A stretch of 57,309 nucleotides of DNA, taken from contig CAYIPT010000001.1 of NCBI GenBank assembly GCA_964365465.1, forward strand, positions 1-57,309. The letters are read 5' to 3'. Every line of letters starts with the position of its first letter. The first letter of the stretch is position 1. The notes below the pieces were generated by a model, which saw only the letters and a list, made by a program, of their open reading frames with translations, did not search any database and was not told where the DNA came from. The position numbers and the translations under genes were made by a program. The DNA is from an uncultured Candidatus Saccharibacteria bacterium. GTDB taxonomy: Bacteria; Patescibacteriota; Minisyncoccia; Phycocordibacterales; WO2-35-19. Below are positions 9,674-19,005 of the stretch, piece by piece.

Positions 9674-10222
9674 ATGAAAGAAGAGTTGCTAAAAGAATTT
9701 GAGGATTTATACAAAAATCCGCCAACGGCTCCCAAAGATGCGGATGCTATCATTGTCCTTCAGGGAGCATTGGACCCAAAAGAGGAAGATATTTACCGTG
9801 TGAAGTGTGGGCTAAATATTCTCAATTCTTTGGAACGCTCTGTGCCGGTAATTTTTAGTGGAATTACGGAAAGCCAAGATGAAAAATTGGCATTGATGGA
9901 ACAGCTCGGCTTTCCCAAAGAAATCTGTCATTATCAAGATTGCGGCAAGTTTGGAGTGGCAAACACCAAAACTCAGTTCGAAACCTTAATCTCTGATCCG
10001 CTCACCAAAGATTTTAAGAACTTAGTAATAGTAACAAGCACCTATCACATTCCCAGAGTGAAGAGAGTTGCAGGGAAAATTTTTCCACCAGAAACTCAGT
10101 TTGTAGTAGTTGGAGATCCTGAGGATTGGAAAATTAACAATTCTTTTCTTATGGTGATGGATGAAATTGAGAAAATAATTAAATATTCTGCCAATGGAGA
10201 TATCCTGACTAGTCCGCGTTAA
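9674..10222 (+). CDS. DUF218 (YdcF/ElyC-like) protein
   Basis: DAIIVLQGA and VIVTSTYHIPRV match the conserved DUF218 motifs. Confidence 0.65.
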   Translation: MKEELLKEFEDLYKNPPTAPKDADAIIVLQGALDPKEEDIYRVKCGLNILNSLERSVPVIFSGITESQDEKLALMEQLGFPKEICHYQDCGKFGVANTKTQFETLISDPLTKDFKNLVIVTSTYHIPRVKRVAGKIFPPETQFVVVGDPEDWKINNSFLMVMDEIEKIIKYSANGDILTSPR

Positions 10223-10233
10223 AAACAAACTTT

Positions 10234-10665
10234 TTATTTTTCCAAAACCCATTTAGTTAACGAGGCATCTTCCGGAGAAATGCGCCGGAAACCGAGCGAC
10301 TTGGCCATAGCGAGAGACGGCGCGTTGTTCTTTTTTATCTGCGCGCATATATGACCCGACAAACACCCAACTATTTGATTCAGCATCTGTTTGCCATAAC
10401 CTTTGCCGCGAAATTTTGAGTCCACAAGCCAAGATAATTCGCAGCCATTCTCGTCCTTGTCTACTCTGATCATTCCGACTTCTTGCCCGTCAACTTCAGC
10501 CAAATAAATCTGGCGGTTGGGGTTGACAAGCGATTTTTCAAACCAAACCGAGTGTGTTTCCCATGATATGGGATCCATATTTCTGGACTGACGGCGGACT
10601 GATTCCTCGTTTCGCCAGTCAAACAAGGCCTTGCTGTTTTCTTTTTTAGCTAATTTTAAGTTCAT
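10234..10665 (-). CDS. pseH: GNAT N-acetyltransferase, PseH-like
   Basis: The WRNEESVRRQS...H..W pattern typical of PseH-type GNATs, plus RGKGYG (acetyl-CoA loop). It is translationally coupled to pseI (1-nt overlap). Confidence 0.65.
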   Translation of the reverse strand: MNLKLAKKENSKALFDWRNEESVRRQSRNMDPISWETHSVWFEKSLVNPNRQIYLAEVDGQEVGMIRVDKDENGCELSWLVDSKFRGKGYGKQMLNQIVGCLSGHICAQIKKNNAPSLAMAKSLGFRRISPEDASLTKWVLEK

Positions 10666-11729
10666 TATTTTTCAATAAATTTCCAAGATAAAGGCGTGGC
10701 AAATTTGATATCGGTTTTGGCGTGACGGCCTAAAATATCTTCAAAATATTTGGGTAGCAAACCATAACCAGGCCTTATTGAGTGCACATTATCTTTTGTA
10801 AATTTTTCTCCCTTTTTCATATCTTTGACAACAAACAACGATTTCCTGAAAATAATATTTTCTGATTCTCCTTTCCCCGCTTTGATAAGCGGTTTGCCAA
10901 TCGCCTTTTCAGTTTCTCTGACCGATTTTACCAACTGGCCGAACTCATCTGGTTCAAGCGAGAAAGCGGCATCCGGCCCGCCTTCCTCCCGCGATATGAT
11001 CAGATGCTTTTCAATTATTGAAGCTCCCAGCGCCACAGAGGCGACCGCGGCAGAAATTCCCGAAGAATGATCGGACAGACCCACCACAACATTTAATTTT
11101 TTTGATATTTCCGGGATAGTGGCCAGATTCATTTCTTCCGGCTTGGCTGGATATGAACTGACACAATGCAAAATCGCCACCTCGGGAGCGCCGTTTTCCT
11201 TAAGCGTTTTTACCGCCAACTTTAACTCTTCAAGCGAAGTCATACCGCGCGACATAATAACCGGTTTTTTCGTCTGGCCAATTCTTTTCAAAAGCGGAAT
11301 ATCCACCACTTCAAATGAAGCCACTTTATAAAGCGCGACTTTCATTTTTTCCAAAAAGTCCACGGCAGTATTATCAAAAGGACTTGAAAAACAAATGAGT
11401 CCCCGTTTTTCGGCATACTGTTTTAATTTAGGCTGCCATTCCCAAGGTGTATAAGCCTTCCCATAAAGGTTGTAAAGTGTCTGACCTTTCCACGCCTTAT
11501 TAACTTTGACTTGAAAATATTTATTGTCGGAATTAATTGTTATGGTATCCGGAGTATAAGTTTGCAATTTTACAGCATCAACTCCGGCTTTGGCAGCAGC
11601 GTCAATGATTTCATAAGCTTTATTGATGTCATGATGGTGGTTGCCTGACATCTCGGCAATTATAAAAACCGGTTGGCCTTTACCTATTATTCTTTTTCCT
11701 TTTGGTGTATCTATAGTGATAGATTTCAT
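10665..11729 (-). CDS. pseI: Pseudaminic acid synthase (NeuB family with C-terminal SAF domain)
   Basis: PVFIIAEMSGNHHHD, AGVDAVKLQTY and LSDHS are NeuB-family motifs. The C-terminal ~60 aa is SAF-like. Assignment to Pse rather than Neu/Leg rests on the co-located PseB/C/H-like genes. Confidence 0.75.
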   Translation of the reverse strand: MKSITIDTPKGKRIIGKGQPVFIIAEMSGNHHHDINKAYEIIDAAAKAGVDAVKLQTYTPDTITINSDNKYFQVKVNKAWKGQTLYNLYGKAYTPWEWQPKLKQYAEKRGLICFSSPFDNTAVDFLEKMKVALYKVASFEVVDIPLLKRIGQTKKPVIMSRGMTSLEELKLAVKTLKENGAPEVAILHCVSSYPAKPEEMNLATIPEISKKLNVVVGLSDHSSGISAAVASVALGASIIEKHLIISREEGGPDAAFSLEPDEFGQLVKSVRETEKAIGKPLIKAGKGESENIIFRKSLFVVKDMKKGEKFTKDNVHSIRPGYGLLPKYFEDILGRHAKTDIKFATPLSWKFIEK

Positions 11730-11766
11730 TGTATATATACTACCTTATTTTAAACTTTTTTCAATC

Positions 11767-11795
11767 TTGAGAAAAAATCATATAAATGTTATAAT
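11767..11795 (+). promoter_or_regulatory. Extended -10 promoter for 11822..12610
   Basis: TTGAGA-N17-TATAAT with TGt immediately 5-prime of the -10. The SD GGAAGGTG lies 8 nt before the ATG at 11822. Confidence 0.6.
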
Positions 11796-11821
11796 ACGCC
11801 ACAGAAAGGAAGGTGTCTACG

Positions 11822-12610
11822 ATGGCAAAAATTAAGAGATTCATCATCATGCTTTACTGGTTTGCGTTGGTTGGCCTAGTAGTTGGCGGATTTGTCGAGT
11901 TGGCATATGGCAAGGGGTTGGCGGGTATTTTCCATCTCGCTTACTGGGCTCCTTCTATTGGCATGCTGGCAGTTATATCGGGTCAAGTAGACCTGCTTGC
12001 ATCAATAGAAAAAGGAAACGAAGTGAACATCAAGGCGAGGTGTCTTGATTTCATTCATTGGCTTTTTCTAATGTTCCTTAACATTGGAGCTTGGTTAATT
12101 GGCGGGACAGCTATTTCTTGGTTTGTCTTGAAAGTTATGCTTCTAGGAATTATCGGCTGGGAAATCGGAGTCGGGGTAAACAGGATTTGGCATCCCACGA
12201 AGAGCGAAAAGATAGCGGGTTTTGTCGCTGTGGTATTTTCGGTGGTGCTTGGAATTAGCGCCGGCTACATCCGATACTTGGACACGAGCGAATTCGGATG
12301 GGGCTGGGTCGTGGAATCATTCACGGCAATTGTCTCTACTCTGATTGTTGCTTGGTGGATTTTGGTAGATCTGACAACAATCTCGAAAAAGGCAATCGGA
12401 TATCCGCGTCGCTTGTTTTTGAAGGGAATTTTCAGCAACTTCCTTATTCTTTGGTTTTGGTTCCATATAATGTATCTGGAAGGCAGTTTCGCTCGTGGTA
12501 CAATTCACCAGTTTGGGCTGACTTTCAATGTAATCGTAGGAAATCTGCTCTATCTTTTTTTCTACGCCACGTACGAGTATCATCACGTGCGACAAAAAAG
12601 GGTTGGGTGA
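11822..12610 (+). CDS. Hypothetical polytopic membrane protein
   Basis: About 8 hydrophobic segments; no family recognised. Start placed at the ATG with the SD (the ORF track begins at a GTG 9 nt earlier). It is inserted between pseI and pseC on the opposite strand. Confidence 0.55.
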   Translation: MAKIKRFIIMLYWFALVGLVVGGFVELAYGKGLAGIFHLAYWAPSIGMLAVISGQVDLLASIEKGNEVNIKARCLDFIHWLFLMFLNIGAWLIGGTAISWFVLKVMLLGIIGWEIGVGVNRIWHPTKSEKIAGFVAVVFSVVLGISAGYIRYLDTSEFGWGWVVESFTAIVSTLIVAWWILVDLTTISKKAIGYPRRLFLKGIFSNFLILWFWFHIMYLEGSFARGTIHQFGLTFNVIVGNLLYLFFYATYEYHHVRQKRVG

Positions 12611-12641
12611 GGAAAAATTTCCTGATCTTTCACGCCTCGAA

Positions 12642-12682
12642 CAGGTGGATGGCTTATGTCATCCACCTGCTTTTGTTTTTTT
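12642..12682 (+). terminator. Rho-independent, probably bidirectional, terminator
   Basis: A perfect 10-bp stem, caggtggatg (12642-12651) with catccacctg (12660-12669), followed by cttttgttttttt. The 3-prime arm and T-tract overlap the last codons of pseC on the other strand. Confidence 0.75.
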
Positions 12683-13774
12683 AAAAAAACTTTTTATAAC
12701 TCCACTTACATATTTGACTTTTTTTTGACTGAGGCCGGGAAAACAAGGTAGGGTGATGCAAGAATTTTGATAAATTTCTTCCGCCGGCAATTTTAATTTG
12801 GCATAACCATTATTTCTATAATAAGGGTGCGAGTAAACCGCCGGATAATGAAAATTAACTCCAATGCCGCTATTTCGCATAAAATTATAGAGGGGTAATC
12901 TATCCTCTATTTTTTTTGTTCTAATAACGTAGATATGGCAAGCGGAATTTAGATTAGTTTCCGGAAGAATAATATCTTTACAATCTTTTAAAAATTCCTC
13001 ATACCACGATACAACCTGCTTTCTTTTTTTAATAAATCTATCAATTTTTTTAAGTTGAGTTATACCTAGAGAAGCGGCAATATCGGTCATGCGATAATTA
13101 TAACCAAGCTCAGTCATAACGTTAAAACCTTTGCTGTCTTTGGTAATACCATGACTCCTGAGAAGCAAAAGTTTTTTGTAAAAATTTTTATTGCTAGTAA
13201 GGACTGCCCCGCCTTCGCCAGTGGTAATTGATTTGACCGGATGAAAGCTCATGACTGTCATGTCCGACTTTAGATTTCCAACTTTTACACTTTTATATGA
13301 AGCTCCCAGAGCATGACATGCATCTTCTATAACAATAAGTTTGTATTTTTTTGCGATAGCTATTATTTTGTCCATCTCGCAAGGTGTTCCCGCAAAATGC
13401 ACCGGTACAATGGCTTTAGTTTTTTTGGTTATATATTTTTCAATATCGGATTCAAGAATATTGTAATTATCTTTTCTCACATCGGTGAAAACTGGTTTAG
13501 CACCAAGAACTAAAAGCATGTTTGATGTCGCCACAAAAGTATTTGGGGTAGTGATTACTTCGTCTCCCCTTTTTAGGCCAGCCGTCAAATACGCCAGATG
13601 GAGAGCTGAGGTGCCGCTTGAAACAGCCACGGCGTATTTAGCCCCGCAATATTTTGCGAGTTTTTCCTCAAATTCTTTTATCTTGGGGCCTTGAGTAAGC
13701 CAATCGGATTTTAAAACTCCGACCACTCCTTTTATGTCCTTATTGTCTATGATTTGAGAGCCATACGGAATCAT
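12659..13774 (-). CDS. pseC: DegT/DnrJ/EryC1-family PLP aminotransferase, PseC-like
   Basis: MIPYGSQIIDNKDIKGVVGVLKSDWLTQGPKIKEFE is the characteristic PseC N-terminus. SFHPVKSITTGEGG contains the PLP lysine. Confidence 0.8.
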   Translation of the reverse strand: MIPYGSQIIDNKDIKGVVGVLKSDWLTQGPKIKEFEEKLAKYCGAKYAVAVSSGTSALHLAYLTAGLKRGDEVITTPNTFVATSNMLLVLGAKPVFTDVRKDNYNILESDIEKYITKKTKAIVPVHFAGTPCEMDKIIAIAKKYKLIVIEDACHALGASYKSVKVGNLKSDMTVMSFHPVKSITTGEGGAVLTSNKNFYKKLLLLRSHGITKDSKGFNVMTELGYNYRMTDIAASLGITQLKKIDRFIKKRKQVVSWYEEFLKDCKDIILPETNLNSACHIYVIRTKKIEDRLPLYNFMRNSGIGVNFHYPAVYSHPYYRNNGYAKLKLPAEEIYQNSCITLPCFPGLSQKKVKYVSGVIKSFFKKTKAGG

Positions 13775-13784
13775 TGATTTGGGG

Positions 13785-14792
13785 TTACTGTGTAATCATC
13801 CGCTTAAACTGCTCTTTGGTCAGCCATTCCCGATTTGTATCGCTGGTATAACTGAAGTCCTTTGTTAATTTCTTGCCCATACCAAGCAATTTTTTGTAGC
13901 GCTCTTTGATGTTAAAAATATGCTCATTGTGGGGCAGAATGACAAAATAATCCTTCAATTCAAGGGTATATCTGGATTCTTCCGCAGTAAGAAGAACCTC
14001 GTGTATTTTTTCTCCCGGTCTGATTCCGATAAATTTTTTTATCGCTTTGGGAACAAGCGCGTCAAAAAGATCAGTCAGCTTCATGCTTGGCACTTTAGGC
14101 ACAAAAATTTCGCCGCCGGCCATATTTTCCAAAGCAAAAAGAACTAATTTAAAAGTCTGCCCGATATTTATCCAAAATCTGGTCATTTCTTCATGAGTGA
14201 TATGGACGGTATCCTGATTGGCATTTTTTAACAGAACTTCCACCACGCTTCCCCGGCTGCCTATAACATTTCCGTACCGTACACAGCTGAAAGCGGTCTT
14301 GGCGCTGTATGAATTTCCGCTTATCATAAGTTTTTCGGCGCATAATTTTGTGGAACCGTAAAGATTAACTGGCTGAGCCGCTTTGTCGGTGGAGATGAGT
14401 AGCACTTTTTTAACATTCTGGTCAATAGCGGCCTCAATAACATTTTGAGTGCCGAGAACATTGGTCTTGACCGCCTCAAAAGGATTATATTCAAGCATCG
14501 GCACCTGCTTGAGAGCGGCAGCATGAACTACGATATCAACACCGTGAAAAGCGCGTTCCAAACGAGGCAGGTCTCGCACATCTCCTAAAAAAAATCTGGC
14601 TCGCTGATCGGAAATTTCTTTATTCAAATTAAATTGCTTGAGTTCGTCGCGACTAAAAATGATGACTTTTTTCGCTTTGGAGTGGGCAAGAATGTGCTTT
14701 ACAAAACTGCTTCCAAAAGATCCGGTACCACCGGTTACTAATATTGTTTTGTTTTTAAGAAAATCCATTTTTATAGTGTTGCTCTTTTTCAT
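13785..14792 (-). CDS. pseB: UDP-GlcNAc 4,6-dehydratase (inverting), PseB/FlaA1-like
   Basis: KTILVTGGTGSFGSSFVKHIL, STDKA and YGSTK (SDR catalytic Y/K). Length ~335 aa. Confidence 0.8.
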   Translation of the reverse strand: MKKSNTIKMDFLKNKTILVTGGTGSFGSSFVKHILAHSKAKKVIIFSRDELKQFNLNKEISDQRARFFLGDVRDLPRLERAFHGVDIVVHAAALKQVPMLEYNPFEAVKTNVLGTQNVIEAAIDQNVKKVLLISTDKAAQPVNLYGSTKLCAEKLMISGNSYSAKTAFSCVRYGNVIGSRGSVVEVLLKNANQDTVHITHEEMTRFWINIGQTFKLVLFALENMAGGEIFVPKVPSMKLTDLFDALVPKAIKKFIGIRPGEKIHEVLLTAEESRYTLELKDYFVILPHNEHIFNIKERYKKLLGMGKKLTKDFSYTSDTNREWLTKEQFKRMITQ

Positions 14793-16588
14793 ACATTTTT
14801 AAGGTTATTTATTTTGTAAAAATAAGAATCTTTGTCCTTGAGAAGTTCTTCGGGTTTCCCCTGTTCAACAATTTTGCCACCATCAAGTGCCAGAAGTTTA
14901 TGAGCATTGTTTATGGTTGAAAGCCGGTGAGCAATTATCAAAACAGTCATTTTTCCCTTTAGATTCTCAATAACTTTTTGGATCTGAACTTCTGATTCAT
15001 TATCAAGGGCGCTGGTGGCTTCGTCAAGAATAAGCAATTGCGGTTTGCGAGTCAATACCCTAGCAATGACTACTCTCTGCCTCTGACCAGCCGAAAGCAT
15101 TATGCCCCTGTCTCCAATTATCGTATTAAAACCATCCTTTAAACTTTTAATAAAATCATAAATATTTGCCATTTTGGCAGCTTCAATTATTTCTTCCTCT
15201 TTCAAAGCTGAATTATAAAATCGGATGTTATTCCCAATCGTATTATTAATAAGAAAAATATCTTGAGACACATAACCTATATTTTCTCTCCATGAGTGCA
15301 AATCAATATCTGTAATATTGTGTCCATCAACTAAAATATTCCCTCCGGTTGGTTCAAAAAGCCGAAGCATAAGGTCTACAATAGTGGTTTTACCGGCGCC
15401 ACTTGGACCTATGAGCCCAACCATTTCACCCTGATTAATTTTAAAATTTAATCCATTTAAAATAGATTTACTGTGCTGATATGAAAAAGAAATATCTTTA
15501 AACTCAATGGTATTTTTAAAAGAAAATTTTAGGGTACCATATGATTTTTCTTCAAACAAAATAGCTTCCTTTTCAAAATTTACCAGAGTTCTCAAATAAG
15601 GGGTCGCATCATTGATTGTCTGGGCGCTCAACTGTAATTGCTGAAAGTATAGAAAAATCCGCTCAATAAGATAAACGGTTGCCGCAAATGCGGCAATATT
15701 GAAATTAGGCAATTTGTAGGAAATAGCAAAAATAACCATAATTAAAATCACCCCCAAAGGCTGCATCAATGAATTTGGAACTACTCGTAAAAAACTGACT
15801 TTGGAAATTAACTTCTTGAGAAATTGAAAATATTCCTTTCCTCGAGTAATCACCGCCTCATCCGCCAGCATGACTTTAACTGTCTTTATACCCAAAATAT
15901 TTTCATTGACAAAGTGGGTTACCACTCGATTGGTACTTTCAATTTCACTGTTAGCAAGTTTGGTATTATACATAAGTGGTTTAAACACCACAAAGAAAAG
16001 GCCCGCCACCACAACAGTAATTAGAGTTGTCATCGCTGAGATATTAATTGCCACAAACACATAAACCGACAAACTACTGATTATGGTTACTACATTGGAA
16101 ATATGACTTAAAAGCGCTTCGGTATTGGTCACATTAGTCATAAGTACAGTTTGAAGATGGCCCATTTTTTGAGTTAAAAGATAAGACCACTTGGTCATTA
16201 TGGTTTTTGCAAACAAATTGCTTCTGGTTTTTTCGGAATAATCACTGGTAATATGAGCTCTGATATAACCACCAACAATTGAAACCACTGCCCGAAGAAT
16301 AAAAAGCAAACACATAAAAATAAGCAGGTATTTGAGCGAAAAAGGCACATTAATATATTGGAATGCTTTTCCTATGGATTTGGATATGATATCGTCCCCC
16401 GTATTGCCATTGCCAATAATAAAAGAGAAAAGAGGAATGAGCGCGTTTACACCCACACCCTCAAGCAAACCAGCTATAAATCCCAAAAAGACCAAAAAGG
16501 TGATATGCCACTTATATTTGCCAAAGCCGTAATTATACAGTCTGATAAAGGAAAGTATGCGTTCTTTTTTTGATTTTTTCTCTGACAT
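14789..16588 (-). CDS. ABC exporter, fused permease and ATPase (MsbA/PglK-like)
   Basis: Six N-terminal TM segments, Walker A GPSGAGKTT, signature LSAGQRQR and Walker B LLILDEATS. It overlaps pseB by 4 nt. Confidence 0.85.
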   Translation of the reverse strand: MSEKKSKKERILSFIRLYNYGFGKYKWHITFLVFLGFIAGLLEGVGVNALIPLFSFIIGNGNTGDDIISKSIGKAFQYINVPFSLKYLLIFMCLLFILRAVVSIVGGYIRAHITSDYSEKTRSNLFAKTIMTKWSYLLTQKMGHLQTVLMTNVTNTEALLSHISNVVTIISSLSVYVFVAINISAMTTLITVVVAGLFFVVFKPLMYNTKLANSEIESTNRVVTHFVNENILGIKTVKVMLADEAVITRGKEYFQFLKKLISKVSFLRVVPNSLMQPLGVILIMVIFAISYKLPNFNIAAFAATVYLIERIFLYFQQLQLSAQTINDATPYLRTLVNFEKEAILFEEKSYGTLKFSFKNTIEFKDISFSYQHSKSILNGLNFKINQGEMVGLIGPSGAGKTTIVDLMLRLFEPTGGNILVDGHNITDIDLHSWRENIGYVSQDIFLINNTIGNNIRFYNSALKEEEIIEAAKMANIYDFIKSLKDGFNTIIGDRGIMLSAGQRQRVVIARVLTRKPQLLILDEATSALDNESEVQIQKVIENLKGKMTVLIIAHRLSTINNAHKLLALDGGKIVEQGKPEELLKDKDSYFYKINNLKNV

Positions 16589-16643
16589 ATGGTTTTATAA
16601 GTAAGTAGTATACCATTTTAAACTTATAAAGTATAATGATTTT

Positions 16644-18176
16644 ATGAACCCAAATTCAAGCTCCCTAAAAGGTAAGAAGATTTTAATATTTCAACAACGG
16701 GGCTGGGCGATAAGTATTGGACATTTTTTGGCTAAAAAACTTCAAGATGAAGGGAGTAAATTGGCCGCTTTAACATTGAAAAAAACTACTCATGAATTTA
16801 TTATTGACCAACTAGATGTTAAATATTCACAAATAATTAATGTGGATGATGTTTTAGAATATCCGGAAAAATATTTGGGTGACGAGAAAATAACTTTCAC
16901 TGATATTTGCCGCGAATTAAATATTGATTCTCTTTGGCCATTAATTTATAGCGATCGGCTACTAGTCCGCTCATATGGCGAGAAATATTATTACAGCTAC
17001 CAGCAAAACGTTACTGATGAATTCATAGCCCTCTATATAAAAGCTTATTACAAAGTTATTCGCGATTTGATAAAAACTTTTGAACCAAACTTGATTATTA
17101 TGGCGGGGTTTATCTATGAGGGTCATGTGTTGCTTGGTTTATTGGGGGATAAATATAATATACCGACTGTTTCCATTGCCGATGCCAAAGTGCCTGGTTA
17201 TGATATGTTTGTCCAAGATTATATGGTTCATGTGGGTCCGTTGATTTCAAGAGCCAATGAGCTTAATAGCGGTTTGGTAGATTCCGCCAACAGAAAAAAG
17301 GCGCGGCAGTTTATTATTGATTTTGAGAAGAAATTTCAAGTGCCAATTCCCATAGAAACTCCGGTATCCAAAGAAAACATACTTAAGAAGATCAGACACG
17401 AACTCAGACCATTAAGATTAATTTATGAATGGTATACAAAAAATTCGGCCAGGGCCAATTACATTAAAACCATCGGTCCATCAATTGACTATAGGCCGCC
17501 AAAAATAATATTGCGTGACCATTTTTGCCGAAAAAAATATCTTAGATTTGCCAACAATTTCCCTTATTATCCATTTGATAATGTTGGCAAATTCGTATTT
17601 TTCCCTCTGCAGGTTACGCCTGAAATGAGCGCTGATTTAATATGCCCCATTTTTAATAATCAAATAGAGATCGCTCGACAACTCGCCATGTCACTACCGG
17701 ATGATTATACATTGGTGGTAAAAGAACACCCCGCCATGGTTGGTTTACGCACACCAACATACTTGGAGAAGGTAGCGCGTACTGCCAATGTTAAATTGAT
17801 TGATTATCGCATTTCGTCTGAAAAAGTTCTAAAGAGAGCTGATCTACTGATAGCAAACTATAGCACCACTTTATTTGAGGCGGCTTTATGCCGAAAGCCG
17901 TCTATTATGCTTGGAGATTCTGGTATATTTAAATTATTGCCCAATGTTATAAAGCATAGCGATATGGGCACCATGACTTTGGCAATTAAAAATGCTCTAT
18001 CACTTGACACAAGTAGCCTAGAATATGAAAGGCGTTTAGAAAATTATATTGCGGCAGTTTATGACATCGGGTTTGATTTTAAATACCAAAAAGCGTGGGA
18101 GCGAGGTGGAGAAGATTTAGAGCAATTTTGGCGACTTTACAGGAAAGAAATAGAGCGAGTCTTGAATTTAAATTAG
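16644..18176 (+). CDS. Capsule-biosynthesis (KpsC/KpsS-like) family protein, possible CMP-sugar-dependent transferase
   Basis: FVFFPLQVTPEMS and VVKEHPAM...LIANYSTTLFEAALCRKP resemble the Capsule_synth-type GT-B C-terminal half. The assignment comes from motif memory only. Confidence 0.4.
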   Translation: MNPNSSSLKGKKILIFQQRGWAISIGHFLAKKLQDEGSKLAALTLKKTTHEFIIDQLDVKYSQIINVDDVLEYPEKYLGDEKITFTDICRELNIDSLWPLIYSDRLLVRSYGEKYYYSYQQNVTDEFIALYIKAYYKVIRDLIKTFEPNLIIMAGFIYEGHVLLGLLGDKYNIPTVSIADAKVPGYDMFVQDYMVHVGPLISRANELNSGLVDSANRKKARQFIIDFEKKFQVPIPIETPVSKENILKKIRHELRPLRLIYEWYTKNSARANYIKTIGPSIDYRPPKIILRDHFCRKKYLRFANNFPYYPFDNVGKFVFFPLQVTPEMSADLICPIFNNQIEIARQLAMSLPDDYTLVVKEHPAMVGLRTPTYLEKVARTANVKLIDYRISSEKVLKRADLLIANYSTTLFEAALCRKPSIMLGDSGIFKLLPNVIKHSDMGTMTLAIKNALSLDTSSLEYERRLENYIAAVYDIGFDFKYQKAWERGGEDLEQFWRLYRKEIERVLNLN

Positions 18177-18194
18177 CAACAGAAAAAATCGTTT

Positions 18195-19001
18195 ATGAAA
18201 ATCAGCTGTATCATTCCCACCTGTGATAGAAAAGATATGCTCGAGCAAACACTCCAATCGGTATTGAATCAAACAAAAGGGCCTGATGAAATAATTGTTG
18301 TTAATAATGGCAACAATGATGTGTCTATACCATCAAAATTTGACGGGTATATAAAGGTAATCCGCTTGCCACCACATTCAGGTGTTTCAAAAGCTCGCAA
18401 CGCTGGTGCCAAGTTTGCAACTCATGAAATACTCGCCTTCCTTGATGATGATGACTTGTGGGGACGAGAATATCTTGAGAATGTCGCTAAAGCATTTGAA
18501 AAAGGTGCTGATTGCGTTGTAAGCCGTCTGGATAGACTTATTGATGGAAAAATACTTCCACACAAAAATGCGGCTGGTCTTATCAGTATAAAAAACCTGC
18601 TTCTATTTAATCCCGGGATAACCGGCTCTAACATTACAATTAAAAAAAATATTTTTATTTCGCTCGGAGGATATGATCCAAAATTACCAACATCAGAAGA
18701 CAAAAGTCTCGTATTAGAACTCTTGCTTTTAAATACTGCGTCAAAAATCGCAACATTACCGGATAATCAGGCAATTCAGCGTCAATATAGCGGAGAGAGG
18801 ATCACTAACCCACAGTATCTGGCAATTGGCATAAATGCCTTTACAAAAAAATACCGCCACCTTATGAATAAACAGACATATTTTTTAAATCGCTGGAAAT
18901 ACTTTAAAGCTTGCGCCGAAGCCGGAGATGAAATCGCTTTTGTTGGGCGTATTCTATACGCTTTAATTTATCGCGCAGCAAAATTTTTTTCTTCTTTTTA
19001 A
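18195..19001 (+). CDS. GT2 glycosyltransferase
   Basis: SCIIPTCDRKDMLEQTLQSVLNQT and FLDDDD (DxD). Confidence 0.8.
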   Translation: MKISCIIPTCDRKDMLEQTLQSVLNQTKGPDEIIVVNNGNNDVSIPSKFDGYIKVIRLPPHSGVSKARNAGAKFATHEILAFLDDDDLWGREYLENVAKAFEKGADCVVSRLDRLIDGKILPHKNAAGLISIKNLLLFNPGITGSNITIKKNIFISLGGYDPKLPTSEDKSLVLELLLLNTASKIATLPDNQAIQRQYSGERITNPQYLAIGINAFTKKYRHLMNKQTYFLNRWKYFKACAEAGDEIAFVGRILYALIYRAAKFFSSF

Positions 19002-19005
19002 TAAA

